Positions 36,489-46,954 are shown, numbered from the stretch's first letter. The stretch: 64,000 bases of DNA from a virus (IMGVR_UViG_3300044840_000020:5929-69928); one strand, 5' to 3'. Notes: a model not told the origin generated them from the letters alone. Numbers and translations: made by a program.

Positions 36489-38441
36489 ATGCGCGTAGCA
36501 GAGTTGGTGTTCAAGGGGACGAACCGGACCGTAATTAAGGCTCTCGACCAGATCGCTAGGGACTCTGAGAAGACCGCGTCTCGTGTGAAGCGGAGTAGCG
36601 CGGAGGAGCAGACGGCGGTCGGGAAGGTCGGGAAGTCCGCGGAACACACTCGGGGCTTGTTGTCGGGTCTTGCGGGGATCGGCGGGTTCGCGGGTCTTGC
36701 GTTCGGCATCAAGGATGTCGTGACGGCAGGAATGTCGTTCCAGGCGTCCCAGGCTCAACTTCAAGGTTCGCTTCAGCGAACGGGACAGGCGAGCGCGGAA
36801 AACATGCGGAAGTTGAACGAGGCTGCGGATCGCCTCGCTCAGCATGGTGGGTTCGGCGCGATCGAGAACGTTCAGTCGTTAACGCAGTTAGTGACGGCTA
36901 CGGGGTCCGTCACGAAAGCGATGCGCGATCAGCAGCTTGCGACGGATATCGCGCGTCGTACGGGCCGGAATTACGGGTCGGTCGTGAAGGCGTTGCAGAT
37001 GTTAGAGGCTGGTCGTTTGACTGGTTTGTCGCGGCTCGGGATTATTGTTCCGAAGGTCACGACGGCGGAGGACGCGTTGAAGAGGGCGCGTGGTAATACG
37101 GCTGCGGTGTTGCAGCGTCTCGCGGCTCAGGGGATCAAGGTTACGGCCTCTCAGCGTGCGCAGTTCGAGATGGCTCATAAGATCACTCCGGCGATGGTCG
37201 CTCAGGCTAAGGTGACCGATGGGCTTGCGTCGCGGCAGGCGGCGCTCGCGGTTCTTCAGCAGCGGTTTGGTGGGGCGACGGATAAGTTTGCGAAGTCGAC
37301 GGCGGGGAAACTGTCGAGTATGAGGAATCAGTGGAAGATTTTGACGGAGCAGCTTGGTTCGGCGTTGTTGCCGACGATCACTAAGCTGGTGGCGGCGGGT
37401 TCGGCGGTTGTTGGGTGGTTGAATAAGAATCGGATCGTCTTGTACGGCCTGCTTGGGGCGCTCGCAGCGGTCACGACGGTCCTAGGGATCCATAAGGCGT
37501 TGATGGGGGTTCTTGCCGCCAAGACGTATGTTCTCGCGGCGGCGCAGAGGATTCTTGGTACTACGGCCGTGACGACGGCGGGTGAGGAGGACGTCGCGAC
37601 GGTTTCTACGATCGCGTGGGGGACCGCGATGGATGCGCTTCCGATCCTCGCGTTGATCGCGGGTCTAGTGTTTCTCGCGACTCACACTAAGGAGACCGCG
37701 AAGGTCATCACGGCGGCGTGGAAGTGGATCGGGTCTGCGGCGACTGCGGCGTGGGGTGCTATCTCGTCTGGGGCGTCGGCGGCGTTCGGGTGGATCAAGG
37801 GTCATTGGCCATTATTAGCGGGGATCTTGTTGGCGCCGTTCACGTTCGGTCTATCGCTGATCCCAGGCTTGTTTGGTAAGCAGATCGTGGGGGCGGCGCG
37901 GGCGACTATCGGTTGGCTCGCGGGTGCGTGGAGGGTTGTGTGGAACATTTTGACGTGGCCGTTCAAGGAGGCGTGGAAGGTCATTAAGGGAATCATCGGG
38001 GGGATTAAGAGTGCGATCGGGTTCGTTCTTAGTCTCCCGGGGAAGGCCGTTAACGCGGTGGGGTCCGTTCTATCGACCGTCACGGGCGGCCTCCTCGCGG
38101 GTGGAGGTCCCGTCAGGGCGAAGTATCTCGCGACTGGGGGTCCGGCGGGGTCGGATACCGTTCCGGCGTGGTTGACGCCGGGGGAGGGCGTTGTGAACAC
38201 GCGCGGTATGAGTGGGCTTGGCGCTGCGGGTCTCGCGTCGTTGAATGCTGGGTCATCAGCGGGTAACGCGGAGACGTTGATGTTGCTTCGTGAGATCGTG
38301 ACCGCGATTCGTGAGGGAAAGCAGATCGTGATCAGTGGTCGAGTCTTGGCGGAGGAGGTTACGAGGGCGACTCAGCAGCGTGCGGCTAGGGGTGCGGGGC
38401 AGCTTGTTGGTGGGGCTTTGATGACTGGAGCGCGAGCCTGA
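36489..38441 (+). CDS. Tape measure protein (650 aa)
   Basis: Helical Ala/Gly-rich, W-repeat region, C-terminal LATGGPAGSDTVPAWLTPGEGVVN. Confidence 0.85.
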   Translation: MRVAELVFKGTNRTVIKALDQIARDSEKTASRVKRSSAEEQTAVGKVGKSAEHTRGLLSGLAGIGGFAGLAFGIKDVVTAGMSFQASQAQLQGSLQRTGQASAENMRKLNEAADRLAQHGGFGAIENVQSLTQLVTATGSVTKAMRDQQLATDIARRTGRNYGSVVKALQMLEAGRLTGLSRLGIIVPKVTTAEDALKRARGNTAAVLQRLAAQGIKVTASQRAQFEMAHKITPAMVAQAKVTDGLASRQAALAVLQQRFGGATDKFAKSTAGKLSSMRNQWKILTEQLGSALLPTITKLVAAGSAVVGWLNKNRIVLYGLLGALAAVTTVLGIHKALMGVLAAKTYVLAAAQRILGTTAVTTAGEEDVATVSTIAWGTAMDALPILALIAGLVFLATHTKETAKVITAAWKWIGSAATAAWGAISSGASAAFGWIKGHWPLLAGILLAPFTFGLSLIPGLFGKQIVGAARATIGWLAGAWRVVWNILTWPFKEAWKVIKGIIGGIKSAIGFVLSLPGKAVNAVGSVLSTVTGGLLAGGGPVRAKYLATGGPAGSDTVPAWLTPGEGVVNTRGMSGLGAAGLASLNAGSSAGNAETLMLLREIVTAIREGKQIVISGRVLAEEVTRATQQRAARGAGQLVGGALMTGARA

Positions 38442-39295
38442 TGCCCGTCATAAACGTACCGCCGATACTGGGTAAGCGTCAGCCGCAAACTCATCGTCCG
38501 ACTGATTCTCCGAACTCTTACATTCAGTTTTACGGTGAGGCGTTCTTCAGCGCGTCGAACAACAAGCAGTTCAAGGTGTTGGCGGGTGATCAGGCCCCGA
38601 TGATCGTTGGTGGGTACGGGAAGTGGACGACGATTGATAGGCCGTTACATCGTGGGGTGACGACGTTCCAGGGTTACGATCCGATCAGTATTCAGGTTTC
38701 GGTTCGGTTCATGAGGTTTAGTCATGGTGGTTGGGCGACGGATGATGATGCTCGTACGTCTAGTACGTCGGAGAATCCGGCGGGGTTCGCGAATGAGCTT
38801 GATATCTTCGCGTTGGAGTGGATGGCGGGGGAGACGTGGGGGTCTGGTCCGTCCCCGAAGGTGTGGATGACGACGTTTGATGGGAACGCGAACACGACGC
38901 CGTTGATTCCGTTTGAGTATCAGGCTGCTACGCCTGGTACTCCGAGTGCGGGGGAGACGACTCCGTGGGTGATCACGTCGTTGCAGTGGGATCCCAGTCC
39001 GATTAAGAGTCGGTATGGGTACAGGATCAAGCAGGACGCGACGGTTACGTTGCAGTTGTACTCGACGGTTGATCCTGTTCAGAACCGTGGGTTGTCGCGA
39101 ACGAAGGCGGTGTACGTGACTTCTCGGACGGGTACGGACACGGCGTTGAAGATCGCTCGGTCGCAGAGTACGCATGATCCGGGGGGGTTGGCGTATTTGA
39201 TTCGTAACGCGCCTCAGAATGTGCGGTTGCGGTTGCGGTCGGATGGGCAGCCGATCAAGCATGGTAAGCGTGTGTATGTTCCGGCGGGGAACTAG
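38441..39295 (+). CDS. Baseplate/tube initiator protein, possible degenerate LysM C-terminus
   Basis: GGYGKWTTIDRP..RG.T.F.G; position after TMP. Confidence 0.55.
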   Translation: MPVINVPPILGKRQPQTHRPTDSPNSYIQFYGEAFFSASNNKQFKVLAGDQAPMIVGGYGKWTTIDRPLHRGVTTFQGYDPISIQVSVRFMRFSHGGWATDDDARTSSTSENPAGFANELDIFALEWMAGETWGSGPSPKVWMTTFDGNANTTPLIPFEYQAATPGTPSAGETTPWVITSLQWDPSPIKSRYGYRIKQDATVTLQLYSTVDPVQNRGLSRTKAVYVTSRTGTDTALKIARSQSTHDPGGLAYLIRNAPQNVRLRLRSDGQPIKHGKRVYVPAGN

Positions 39296-40149
39296 TGGCT
39301 GCTCAGGTCGCGGTTTATGATCCGTTGAAGTCCGTGGACGCGTTGACGGATCCGGGGGCGGTTGATGTGATCGCGAAGCAGTTGAATGATGTTGCGCAGA
39401 ATCAGAATCGCGCGGGTGGCGCTCCGACGATTCGGGATCTGTCGGACGCGTTGGCTGACGTCATGTTGGAGTGGTCGGCGCAGGGCGCGAGCACGTTGAC
39501 GTTGCAGGTGATTGATCCGTATTGGGGGCTTGTGACGCGGTTCGGGTCGAAGCCGGCGTTTATCGATGTGGACGACGCGGGGTTGTTGGTTCCGGTAGAC
39601 GTGAATTTTCCGGAGGGTACGGACGCGTGGTGGCGGTTGATGGCGTGTGAGGTTGGGATTGACACGACGGTCGCGAACTTGAAGCTGGTTTTTGAGGACA
39701 GGATCTGCGTGGATCTTCGCGATCTGGGTGGGCCGAAGTACGCGTCGAACAATCAAGATCGCGCGCAGTTCATTGAGTCTTGTGTTGATCCGGTTCGGGA
39801 TATTCGGTTTGTTTGTCCCGCGTTGAATTTGCCGGCTGGTTCGGTTGGGGGGAATGTGACTCAGGGGACGATCGATAAGTCTCAGAACGTGGCGTTGTCG
39901 GCGTTGAATCCGAAGGCTCCGGCGGCGCGGCGGAATCCGTCGAAGAAGCGGGGTATTTCGACGGGGGGTCGGAATAGGTTGACGCCGGGGGGGAAGATTG
40001 TTGGTCCTACGGGGCCGGTGGGTTCGACTACTCCTGGTGCTGTGGGTAGTCCTGTTTTGGGGCCTCCGGCTCCTTCGTCGGTTTCGATCTTAAATCCGCC
40101 TTCGTCTCCTTCGGTTGGGGTTGGCGGCAAGCAGGGCTTCGCTCCGTAG
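39295..40149 (+). CDS. Baseplate hub-like protein, N-terminal part
   Basis: GASTLTLQVIDP...LKLVFEDR; Pro-rich tail. Confidence 0.5.
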   Translation: MAAQVAVYDPLKSVDALTDPGAVDVIAKQLNDVAQNQNRAGGAPTIRDLSDALADVMLEWSAQGASTLTLQVIDPYWGLVTRFGSKPAFIDVDDAGLLVPVDVNFPEGTDAWWRLMACEVGIDTTVANLKLVFEDRICVDLRDLGGPKYASNNQDRAQFIESCVDPVRDIRFVCPALNLPAGSVGGNVTQGTIDKSQNVALSALNPKAPAARRNPSKKRGISTGGRNRLTPGGKIVGPTGPVGSTTPGAVGSPVLGPPAPSSVSILNPPSSPSVGVGGKQGFAP

Positions 40150-40159
40150 TGGTTTGCTG

Positions 40160-41758
40160 ATGGGACTGACGGTTAAGGGCGTGGGGATTACCACGAACCA
40201 GCAGAACTTCGCGAACCAGATTATCCAGATCGGCGCATCCCTTAATGCTGGATCAATCGCGACGGGTGCCATACTTGTAGAGGCAATCGCCGAATCTGGG
40301 ATGGGTGACCCGCTGTACATGGGCTGGGATGCTAGTAACCCCACGTACGGGGGGATTCTCGCGGGTGCGATCGGCACGAGCGGTGGTGGCGGTAACTTCG
40401 GACCGCTGGGTACGGCATCGTCTAGCGCTGTTACGGTGGCCGAGATTACAGCTGCATTCAAGGGCGGTCGTGGTTATCAAGGCGCGATCGGCCTAGCAAA
40501 GACGAGTTCGGATTTACTTCAGATCGCGATGACGAACTCGGGTTCCGGTTCTCAGTTTCTGTCGGAAGCGGGCGTCCAGAACTTTGCGGCTGAGGCTCGC
40601 GCGATCCTAGCGGCTGGTGGGGGTGCTCCGATTAAAGGGGGGGTTGCGGGCCTCGGGAGTACCGGGACTATCGTCAACGGGTCTAGTGGTGCTACGTACG
40701 CGTTCCAGATCGGCGGGACGAACAACCCGTCCGAGGACATCTGGACAGGCATCAATAGGCTTGCTCAAGAAGTCAACTGGTACCTGTTCTCGAACGGCGA
40801 GTACCTGTATTACATGGATGGTGAGGAGCTAATCGCTCAGCAGCCCGCGATGTACCTCGACAGGGTCCTTGATGCGGGTCAGATCGCTAGCCTCACCCTT
40901 CACTACGACAACACAGCATTTCAGTGGGTGTCGGCTCATAGGCGTAAGGCGAAGGTTCAGCGGAAGACGCGGACGGTTCAGATTACGTCCCCGACTGAGG
41001 TTCAGTTGGAGTTGTTTTGTGGGATTGATGAGTTGCGGGCGGGGGATGTGCTGGTTTTGTCGTCGTTCGGTCCGGCGAATGGTCGGTGGTTGATTGGTGG
41101 GTGTCGGCGGTCGGTGTTTAGTCCTACGTCGTCGTTGACGTTGGTTCCGCCGTTGTCTCCGTTGTCTGAGCTTGCGGTTGCGGGGACGACGGGTCGGAGC
41201 GGGAGTTCTAGTTCGGGTACGGGTTCTTCGTCGGGTAAGGGTTCGTCGGGTAAGGCGGCCCCGGCGACGACTGGCGGGTACGTCAATCCGCTTGGGAAGA
41301 TCACGGGGTTGACTGGCGGCCGGATCGATATGGGTGCGGACTACTCGGGTTCCGGTCCGGTACTCGCGATCGGGGACGGGAAGATCATCAGCATCTCGAA
41401 CTCCGGGTGGCCTGGCGGGGCGTTCATTGAGATTCAGTTGTCCGGTGGGGCGTACGCCGGGAAGTTTTGGTATTGCGCGGAGAACATCACTCCGAGTGTT
41501 CAACCGCAGCAGGTTGTGAAGGCGGGGGATCAGATCGGTACGTTGATTAACGCGTATCCGAACTGTGAACTTGGGTGGGGTATCGGGACGGGTGGTACGA
41601 CGTTAGCGGCGAGTTTGGGGCAGGCGGGGATCAACTCGGGGCACGCGAATTGTGCGGCGGGCGCGAGCGCGGATCGTTTCATGCGATCGTTGGGGGCTCC
41701 GGCGTGTAGTGCTCAGGGGTTTCCGTTGGCTGGCACGATGCCTGCGGGTTATCCCTGA
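40160..41758 (+). CDS. Baseplate hub C-terminal part with atypical M23-like peptidase domain
   Basis: EDIWTGINRLAQEVNW, LRAGDVLVL..FGPANGRWLI; YVNPL...RIDMGADY...VLAIGDG...VKAGDQIG. Confidence 0.6.
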   Translation: MGLTVKGVGITTNQQNFANQIIQIGASLNAGSIATGAILVEAIAESGMGDPLYMGWDASNPTYGGILAGAIGTSGGGGNFGPLGTASSSAVTVAEITAAFKGGRGYQGAIGLAKTSSDLLQIAMTNSGSGSQFLSEAGVQNFAAEARAILAAGGGAPIKGGVAGLGSTGTIVNGSSGATYAFQIGGTNNPSEDIWTGINRLAQEVNWYLFSNGEYLYYMDGEELIAQQPAMYLDRVLDAGQIASLTLHYDNTAFQWVSAHRRKAKVQRKTRTVQITSPTEVQLELFCGIDELRAGDVLVLSSFGPANGRWLIGGCRRSVFSPTSSLTLVPPLSPLSELAVAGTTGRSGSSSSGTGSSSGKGSSGKAAPATTGGYVNPLGKITGLTGGRIDMGADYSGSGPVLAIGDGKIISISNSGWPGGAFIEIQLSGGAYAGKFWYCAENITPSVQPQQVVKAGDQIGTLINAYPNCELGWGIGTGGTTLAASLGQAGINSGHANCAAGASADRFMRSLGAPACSAQGFPLAGTMPAGYP

Positions 41759-42396
41759 TGCCGGATCCTTCGCATCAGCTTGGGCCTCCCCCGGGTCAGC
41801 CTTCGGTCGCGTACGCTCAGGTGTCGTTGCTTCAGCCCGTACCAACGGACTTCACGGATCCGTTGTTCGTCGTGTACTTGCACGACATGGACACGGCATG
41901 GCAGATCACTGACTGGCCGCAGTTGCATGGCGCGACCCTTCCCGCGCCAGGTGCTGCAGTGCTGGTTGGCGAGGATGAGTATCACAACAAGCGGGTCGTG
42001 TGGTGGGACGGAGTATTCACGTCCGGGAGTTTCATCCCGTTGGCGTTTCAGAACGGATACGTGAACTTTGACGCGGGCGGTCCGACTGGCCATCAGCAGG
42101 GCGGCTATGCGCTCGATGGCGAAGGATTCATCAATCTCCGCGGGTTGATCTCGAAGCCGACGCCCTGGGTGCCGGGGGAGACGATCGCGCTTCTGCCACC
42201 CGGGGCATGTCCGGGGAGCTCGGAGAACTTCATGGTCCGCGCGAAGGACGCGACAGCCGGGAACTTCATCGCATCGGTGGCTCTCACACCGCCAGGACTG
42301 CTGATCCTTGTTGGGGCGTGGTATCCGGCGATCGCGACCCCGGCCGCGCTGGCGCAACTCTCGCTCGCGTCATTGAGATTTCAGCAAGCCTTGTAG
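41758..42396 (+). CDS. Baseplate spike / minor tail protein
   Basis: LPAPGAAVLV..D spike-like N-terminus; LQNG..N...GY.LD..G..NLRGLI C-terminus. Confidence 0.5.
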   Translation: MPDPSHQLGPPPGQPSVAYAQVSLLQPVPTDFTDPLFVVYLHDMDTAWQITDWPQLHGATLPAPGAAVLVGEDEYHNKRVVWWDGVFTSGSFIPLAFQNGYVNFDAGGPTGHQQGGYALDGEGFINLRGLISKPTPWVPGETIALLPPGACPGSSENFMVRAKDATAGNFIASVALTPPGLLILVGAWYPAIATPAALAQLSLASLRFQQAL

Positions 42397-42427
42397 TCCC
42401 AGCAACTCTCAACGGAGGTAACCCCGA

Positions 42428-42610
42428 ATGGCTGACGAGACGACCTCTACCGACCCGCCTGCGACGTCTAAGGCGACCAAGTCTCCTGCGACCTCGGATG
42501 CTGCGAGCGGGCTTGACGTGGCTCCTCATCAGCCGTTGTCGTGCGCGTTGTGTTCGAGGTTCGTGGACGAGAACGGGTTCTGTCCGAACTGCGGCTACGT
42601 CAACGCGTAG
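42428..42610 (+). CDS. Small zinc-ribbon protein
   Basis: CALC...FCPNCG; GGAGG RBS. Confidence 0.5.
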   Translation: MADETTSTDPPATSKATKSPATSDAASGLDVAPHQPLSCALCSRFVDENGFCPNCGYVNA

Positions 42611-42613
42611 CCG

Positions 42614-42958
42614 ATGACGATCGCGTCTGATCCCGTTTCGATCCCGCATCTATCGTTTCCGCTCTCGTTCTCCGCTGTGGCGGGGATGGTCGTGGATGAG
42701 CAGGACTCGCTGTCGGAGATCCTGTCGTGCGTCAGGGTAATCGTAGAGTGCCCTGTAGGGGGGCAGCCGTCTGATCCTACGTTCGGGATCCCTGATCTTA
42801 CGTTTCAGAACGCGCCGGTAAACGCGGGGGGCGTGCAGCGATCGATCGTTTCGTTGGAGCCTCGTGCGGCGACGGCGGTCACGGAGACGGGCGATCCGAT
42901 CCTTGATGCGCATCGGATTGTTGGGGTTACCGTCAGTCCGTTTCAGGTTTCGTCGTAG
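42614..42958 (+). CDS. GPW/gp25-like baseplate wedge protein
   Basis: CPVGGQPSDPTFGIPDL...LEPRA pattern. Confidence 0.7.
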   Translation: MTIASDPVSIPHLSFPLSFSAVAGMVVDEQDSLSEILSCVRVIVECPVGGQPSDPTFGIPDLTFQNAPVNAGGVQRSIVSLEPRAATAVTETGDPILDAHRIVGVTVSPFQVSS

Positions 42959-42970
42959 GAAGGGACTTCG

Positions 42971-44581
42971 TTGGCGTTCATTGATTTATCGGCTTTAGGT
43001 CTGAATACTAGCCAGGCTGATCTGTTGGACGAGTGGCTAGCGGTGATGCAAGCGGCGTACCCGGGGTATGTCCCGTCTCTTGCGAACCCGGAGTATCGTC
43101 ACGCGTTGGGGATCGCGACGATCGCGGCGGATGTTGCTCAGACGGCTGTTGTTGTTCCGGACGCGATCTTCCGGGCGTACGGCACGAAACTGTTCGGGAT
43201 CGTTTACGAGGCGGGGTCGCTTGCGTCCGCGACGATTCAGGTGACGGCGGTTGATTCGTTGGGGTATACGTTGAATGCGGGTACGTCTGTGACGTTGAAC
43301 GGGTTTGGGTTTCAGACGTTGAACGCGTTGACGATTCCCGCGGCGTCGTCTGTTGGGACGGTAACGGTCGTTGCGGCGGCTCCTGGGATTGTGTATAACG
43401 GGGCGTCGAATCCGGTTGAGATTCTTGCTAGCGGAACGATCGTGAATTGGGTTTCTAGTGTCACGGTGCTCGCTCCGGCGTCTGGTGGGATGGACCCCGA
43501 GGACGACTCCGACTATGAGAACAGGCTCGCGAGCCTGTTCCAGCTGATCGCACCCCGACCGATCACCGCATCGGATTACGCCGCGATGGCGTTGAGTTTC
43601 ATTCCCGCTGCCGGGACGGATCAGCAGGAGATCGGGCGCGCAACCGCGATCGACGGCTACGCGCAGGGCGCCGCAGCGTTCACCGTCAACGAGAACTCCA
43701 CGACGACGCTGACCGTGACCGCGGCGCCGGGGACGGGGATCACCGCGGCGCAGGGCGCAAGCGTGCTGGGCGCCGGGATTCCGTCCGCGACATTCACGGC
43801 TACAACTTCATCGTCGGTGAATCCGACAGTGCTTACGGCCGTGTCGTCGTTCACGAACGTCACCGTCGGCGCGCTGCTGTCAGGGACGGGAATCGCTGCT
43901 GGCGCGTTCGTGCTCGGATTTAACTCGGGTGCGGGGACGGTCACGATGAGCGCGCCGGCAACCGCAACGAACGCGGGCGTCACGGTCACGATCTCCACCA
44001 CCATCGTGCAGTCATCAACACCAACCACGATCGTGCTGAGCAACGCCGCCACGGCAACCTCTAGCGGCGTTGTGATCTCGGTCGGTGGAACGTTCGGGAA
44101 CCAGCGCGAACAGACCGTAGGCATCGCACTCGCGGACGGGACCGCGACGAACGCGGACACCAAAATTGCGCTCGCCGTCTGGCTGAAAGGGTTCCGCGAG
44201 GTCAACTTTGTCGTGAACGTAATCGACCCGACCTACACCCCCGTCTATGTCACGGTCAGCGTGCACCTGTTCGCCGGGTTCGACCCGACCGCAACGCAGG
44301 CCGCGATCCAAGCGGCGATCACGTCATATCTATCGCCTGCCGTGTTCAACCAGACAGTGTTCGGTGCCGGGAGCTCGTGGACGTCCGGGACCGTCATCTA
44401 CTACGAGAACCTCGTTGCGCTCGTGAAAAGCGCGGGCGGATCAGCGGTCGATCATGTTGTTGCGGGTTCGTTGAAGCTTGGATTGGCTGCAACTCCGACG
44501 GGTGTCGTGGACCTTGTCATTCCGGGGCCACTCGCTTTGCCGACCTCGAGCAACAGCACCGTCACGGTCACGGTGGTCTAG
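42971..44581 (+). CDS. Baseplate J-like protein
   Basis: GGMDPEDDSDYENRL, RPITASDY, DPTYTPVYVTV, ITSYLSP. Confidence 0.85.
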   Translation: MAFIDLSALGLNTSQADLLDEWLAVMQAAYPGYVPSLANPEYRHALGIATIAADVAQTAVVVPDAIFRAYGTKLFGIVYEAGSLASATIQVTAVDSLGYTLNAGTSVTLNGFGFQTLNALTIPAASSVGTVTVVAAAPGIVYNGASNPVEILASGTIVNWVSSVTVLAPASGGMDPEDDSDYENRLASLFQLIAPRPITASDYAAMALSFIPAAGTDQQEIGRATAIDGYAQGAAAFTVNENSTTTLTVTAAPGTGITAAQGASVLGAGIPSATFTATTSSSVNPTVLTAVSSFTNVTVGALLSGTGIAAGAFVLGFNSGAGTVTMSAPATATNAGVTVTISTTIVQSSTPTTIVLSNAATATSSGVVISVGGTFGNQREQTVGIALADGTATNADTKIALAVWLKGFREVNFVVNVIDPTYTPVYVTVSVHLFAGFDPTATQAAIQAAITSYLSPAVFNQTVFGAGSSWTSGTVIYYENLVALVKSAGGSAVDHVVAGSLKLGLAATPTGVVDLVIPGPLALPTSSNSTVTVTVV

Positions 44582-45793
44582 GTGTCCGATAGCTTTACCT
44601 CCCGCTTGTTGGATGATCAAGCGGCGTGGCTTACCCCGGAAGCTGACCCGCACGGTGTTGGCACAGCGTTCCTGACGGCGCTTGCCGCTCCGTTCGAGCA
44701 GGTGTTCGGACTCGTCATGGACCAGGGGAACGATCCGGACGCAGCGGCTTGGGTCCCGGGGTACGGAGCGCTGCTGGACGTGGATCTTTGCCCTACCGCT
44801 TTTCTACCCTTCTTGGGTCAGTTCAATGGGACGACGATCCCGACTGGGGCGTCGGACGCGGTAGCTCGCGCGATCATTCGTGCGGAGGCGGGGATGCAGC
44901 GCGGGACTCCTGCGTCGATTGTTGCGGCGGCGGTTCGTAACCTGGTTGGTTCTCGGTCGGTCGCGTTACAGGAGCGAACGGCTGCGGACGGTAGTTTCGA
45001 TCCATATCATTTTGTTCTGATCGTCCGCCCAGAGGAGTTGTTGTGGAATCAGGTTCCGAATCCGTCGTTTGAGTACGGGTTGTCGAATTGGACGGGGTTC
45101 AATAACTCGCTCGGGACGACGACGGTCTCGCAGGTTAGTGATTCGGCTACTGGGACGCCGGGTTCTCACGCGTTCCAGTGTGCGTTCACGACGGCTGCGG
45201 GCGGGGCGACGCTTACCGCGTTTAACGATAACGCGGGCGAGCAGATTCCGGTTGCGGCCGGGTTGACGTATGCGGTACTCGGGTCCGCGAAGGTCTCCGT
45301 GGCGGCTGGGACGACGGGGACGTTCTCGCTTGAGGTCCGGTATTACGATGCGTCTAACGTCATTATCAGCGCCACTAATCTGACTGGTAGCGGTCAGGTT
45401 ACCGCGCCGAGCGTCGGGACGTGGTACGCGATGTCGGGTTCCTGGGTTGCTCCGGTTGGAGCGTTCTTCGCGTCCGTCGCTTTACAGTGGACGGGGGTAG
45501 GTGTTGCGGGCGCGTATACATTGCGGACGGACGCGTTCCTGCTCGCGAACGGGCCTAACGGTCCCGTCTCGTATGTGGATGGGGATTCGGGTGGGTTCGC
45601 GTGGTCGGGTTCGCCGGGGGCGTCGTCTACTACATCGGTGGGGGCGTTGACGTCGGCTGTTAATGCGACTAAGCCGGGGGGCGTGCAGTGGACGCTTGTG
45701 CAATCCGACGGGCCACTTCTTAGCCAGTACACGCGGTTGTTGAGTGCGGTTATCGTGACTCTTGCTGCGGCTCAGCTTGCTGATGTTGTTTGA
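44582..45793 (+). CDS. P2 gpI-like baseplate/tail protein with CBM4/9-like insertion
   Basis: LDVDLCP..FLPFLGQF.G, RGTPASI; NQVPNPSFE.GL..W. Confidence 0.7.
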   Translation: MSDSFTSRLLDDQAAWLTPEADPHGVGTAFLTALAAPFEQVFGLVMDQGNDPDAAAWVPGYGALLDVDLCPTAFLPFLGQFNGTTIPTGASDAVARAIIRAEAGMQRGTPASIVAAAVRNLVGSRSVALQERTAADGSFDPYHFVLIVRPEELLWNQVPNPSFEYGLSNWTGFNNSLGTTTVSQVSDSATGTPGSHAFQCAFTTAAGGATLTAFNDNAGEQIPVAAGLTYAVLGSAKVSVAAGTTGTFSLEVRYYDASNVIISATNLTGSGQVTAPSVGTWYAMSGSWVAPVGAFFASVALQWTGVGVAGAYTLRTDAFLLANGPNGPVSYVDGDSGGFAWSGSPGASSTTSVGALTSAVNATKPGGVQWTLVQSDGPLLSQYTRLLSAVIVTLAAAQLADVV

Positions 45794-45811
45794 TCTGAAA
45801 GGCGCTTTCTG

Positions 45812-46387
45812 ATGCCTGTTGTTTACGAAACCACTACGAACAATTCGTTTGCTTTTCCCACGAGCGCGAATAATGGTAGTGACTTTAGTACTGGTCTTGA
45901 TACGTTTGCGGATGGGGTAGATGCGATGTGGGCTTCGGGGACGTACGCGGTTCGTCCCGCGACTCCTCCGTCGAATTCGTTCTACTACGCGACGGACGTG
46001 AAGTTGCTGTATCAGTACGCCGCTATCGGGTGGCAGACGGTCATGCTCGCCGGAACCTGGACGCCGATAACGAGCTTTGGAACAGGTATCATCGCTGCAT
46101 CCGTGCCGCCAGCGGCGCGTGTGGTTGGCGATACGGTTGTGCTATCGGGTGGCATAGCAGTCGGCGCGAGTGCTGGTAATGGCGATACCTTATTTACGCT
46201 CCCTAGTTCGGCAATGCAACCTAACCACCTTCGACCGATCAATGGCATCGGTTCAGCGAGTGGTCCGACACTGACGGCGTGTCAGTTACTTGTAGCATCT
46301 AGTTCAACTATAGTCACGAACGGTGGTGCGACAATTGCGACTGGGACGAACGTCTTTTTTGAGGGAATGTCGTACCGGCTAGTCTAA
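45812..46387 (+). CDS. Tail fibre / minor tail protein
   Basis: Last + strand tail gene; RPATP...FYYATD, LFTLP...P. Confidence 0.55.
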   Translation: MPVVYETTTNNSFAFPTSANNGSDFSTGLDTFADGVDAMWASGTYAVRPATPPSNSFYYATDVKLLYQYAAIGWQTVMLAGTWTPITSFGTGIIAASVPPAARVVGDTVVLSGGIAVGASAGNGDTLFTLPSSAMQPNHLRPINGIGSASGPTLTACQLLVASSSTIVTNGGATIATGTNVFFEGMSYRLV

Positions 46388-46954
46388 TTTGGAGTAGAAG
46401 TGTCTAATCATCGCGCAGGTGCGATGCGGATGTAGCTGTACCGTGAACGAATCAATGTTGGGAGGATCAAGTAGCGAGGGCCACGAGATCCCTGCAAACG
46501 AGCCGGTCTGCGCGCACTGCGCGTAGGCGTTGTCGAAGTCGGCCATCAGACCGTCCTCGCTTCCATGGTCGAGACTCCTCGCCGAGTCCAACCATGGCCA
46601 GTGAGGGTGTCCCCAAAAGCGGGCGATTCGTGAACGGTTCGCGTCTGTTAGGTACCGCCAATCGAACTGGTGGCCTAGTTCGAAATAGAGCGTGTAGCGA
46701 TTGGACGCTGAGATGATCGGTGAAGTTCCTGGGGTCGGGGCCTGAAGGGAACAGCCCCCAGCCGTCGCGCATCCCATGGCGGCCGGTACCTCGAAGACGA
46801 TTAGCCCGCTAGCTGTGGGGACCTTCGAGTCGTTCGCCCACGCTTGCCACTGGCCGCCGACGAGTTGGCCCTGCGGGGTAATGAGCGTGACCGCCTGCGC
46901 GGAGCCTGTGAACGCGAGGGATACGGTGGCGACGAGGGTAAGCGTCCTGCGCAT
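46379..46954 (-). CDS. Secreted protein with degenerate zincin-like motif
   Basis: Signal peptide MRRTLTLVATVSLAFTGSAQA; YFELGHQFD (HExxH with first His to Phe); start overlaps upstream stop. Confidence 0.65.
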   Translation of the reverse strand: MRRTLTLVATVSLAFTGSAQAVTLITPQGQLVGGQWQAWANDSKVPTASGLIVFEVPAAMGCATAGGCSLQAPTPGTSPIISASNRYTLYFELGHQFDWRYLTDANRSRIARFWGHPHWPWLDSARSLDHGSEDGLMADFDNAYAQCAQTGSFAGISWPSLLDPPNIDSFTVQLHPHRTCAMIRHFYSKLD

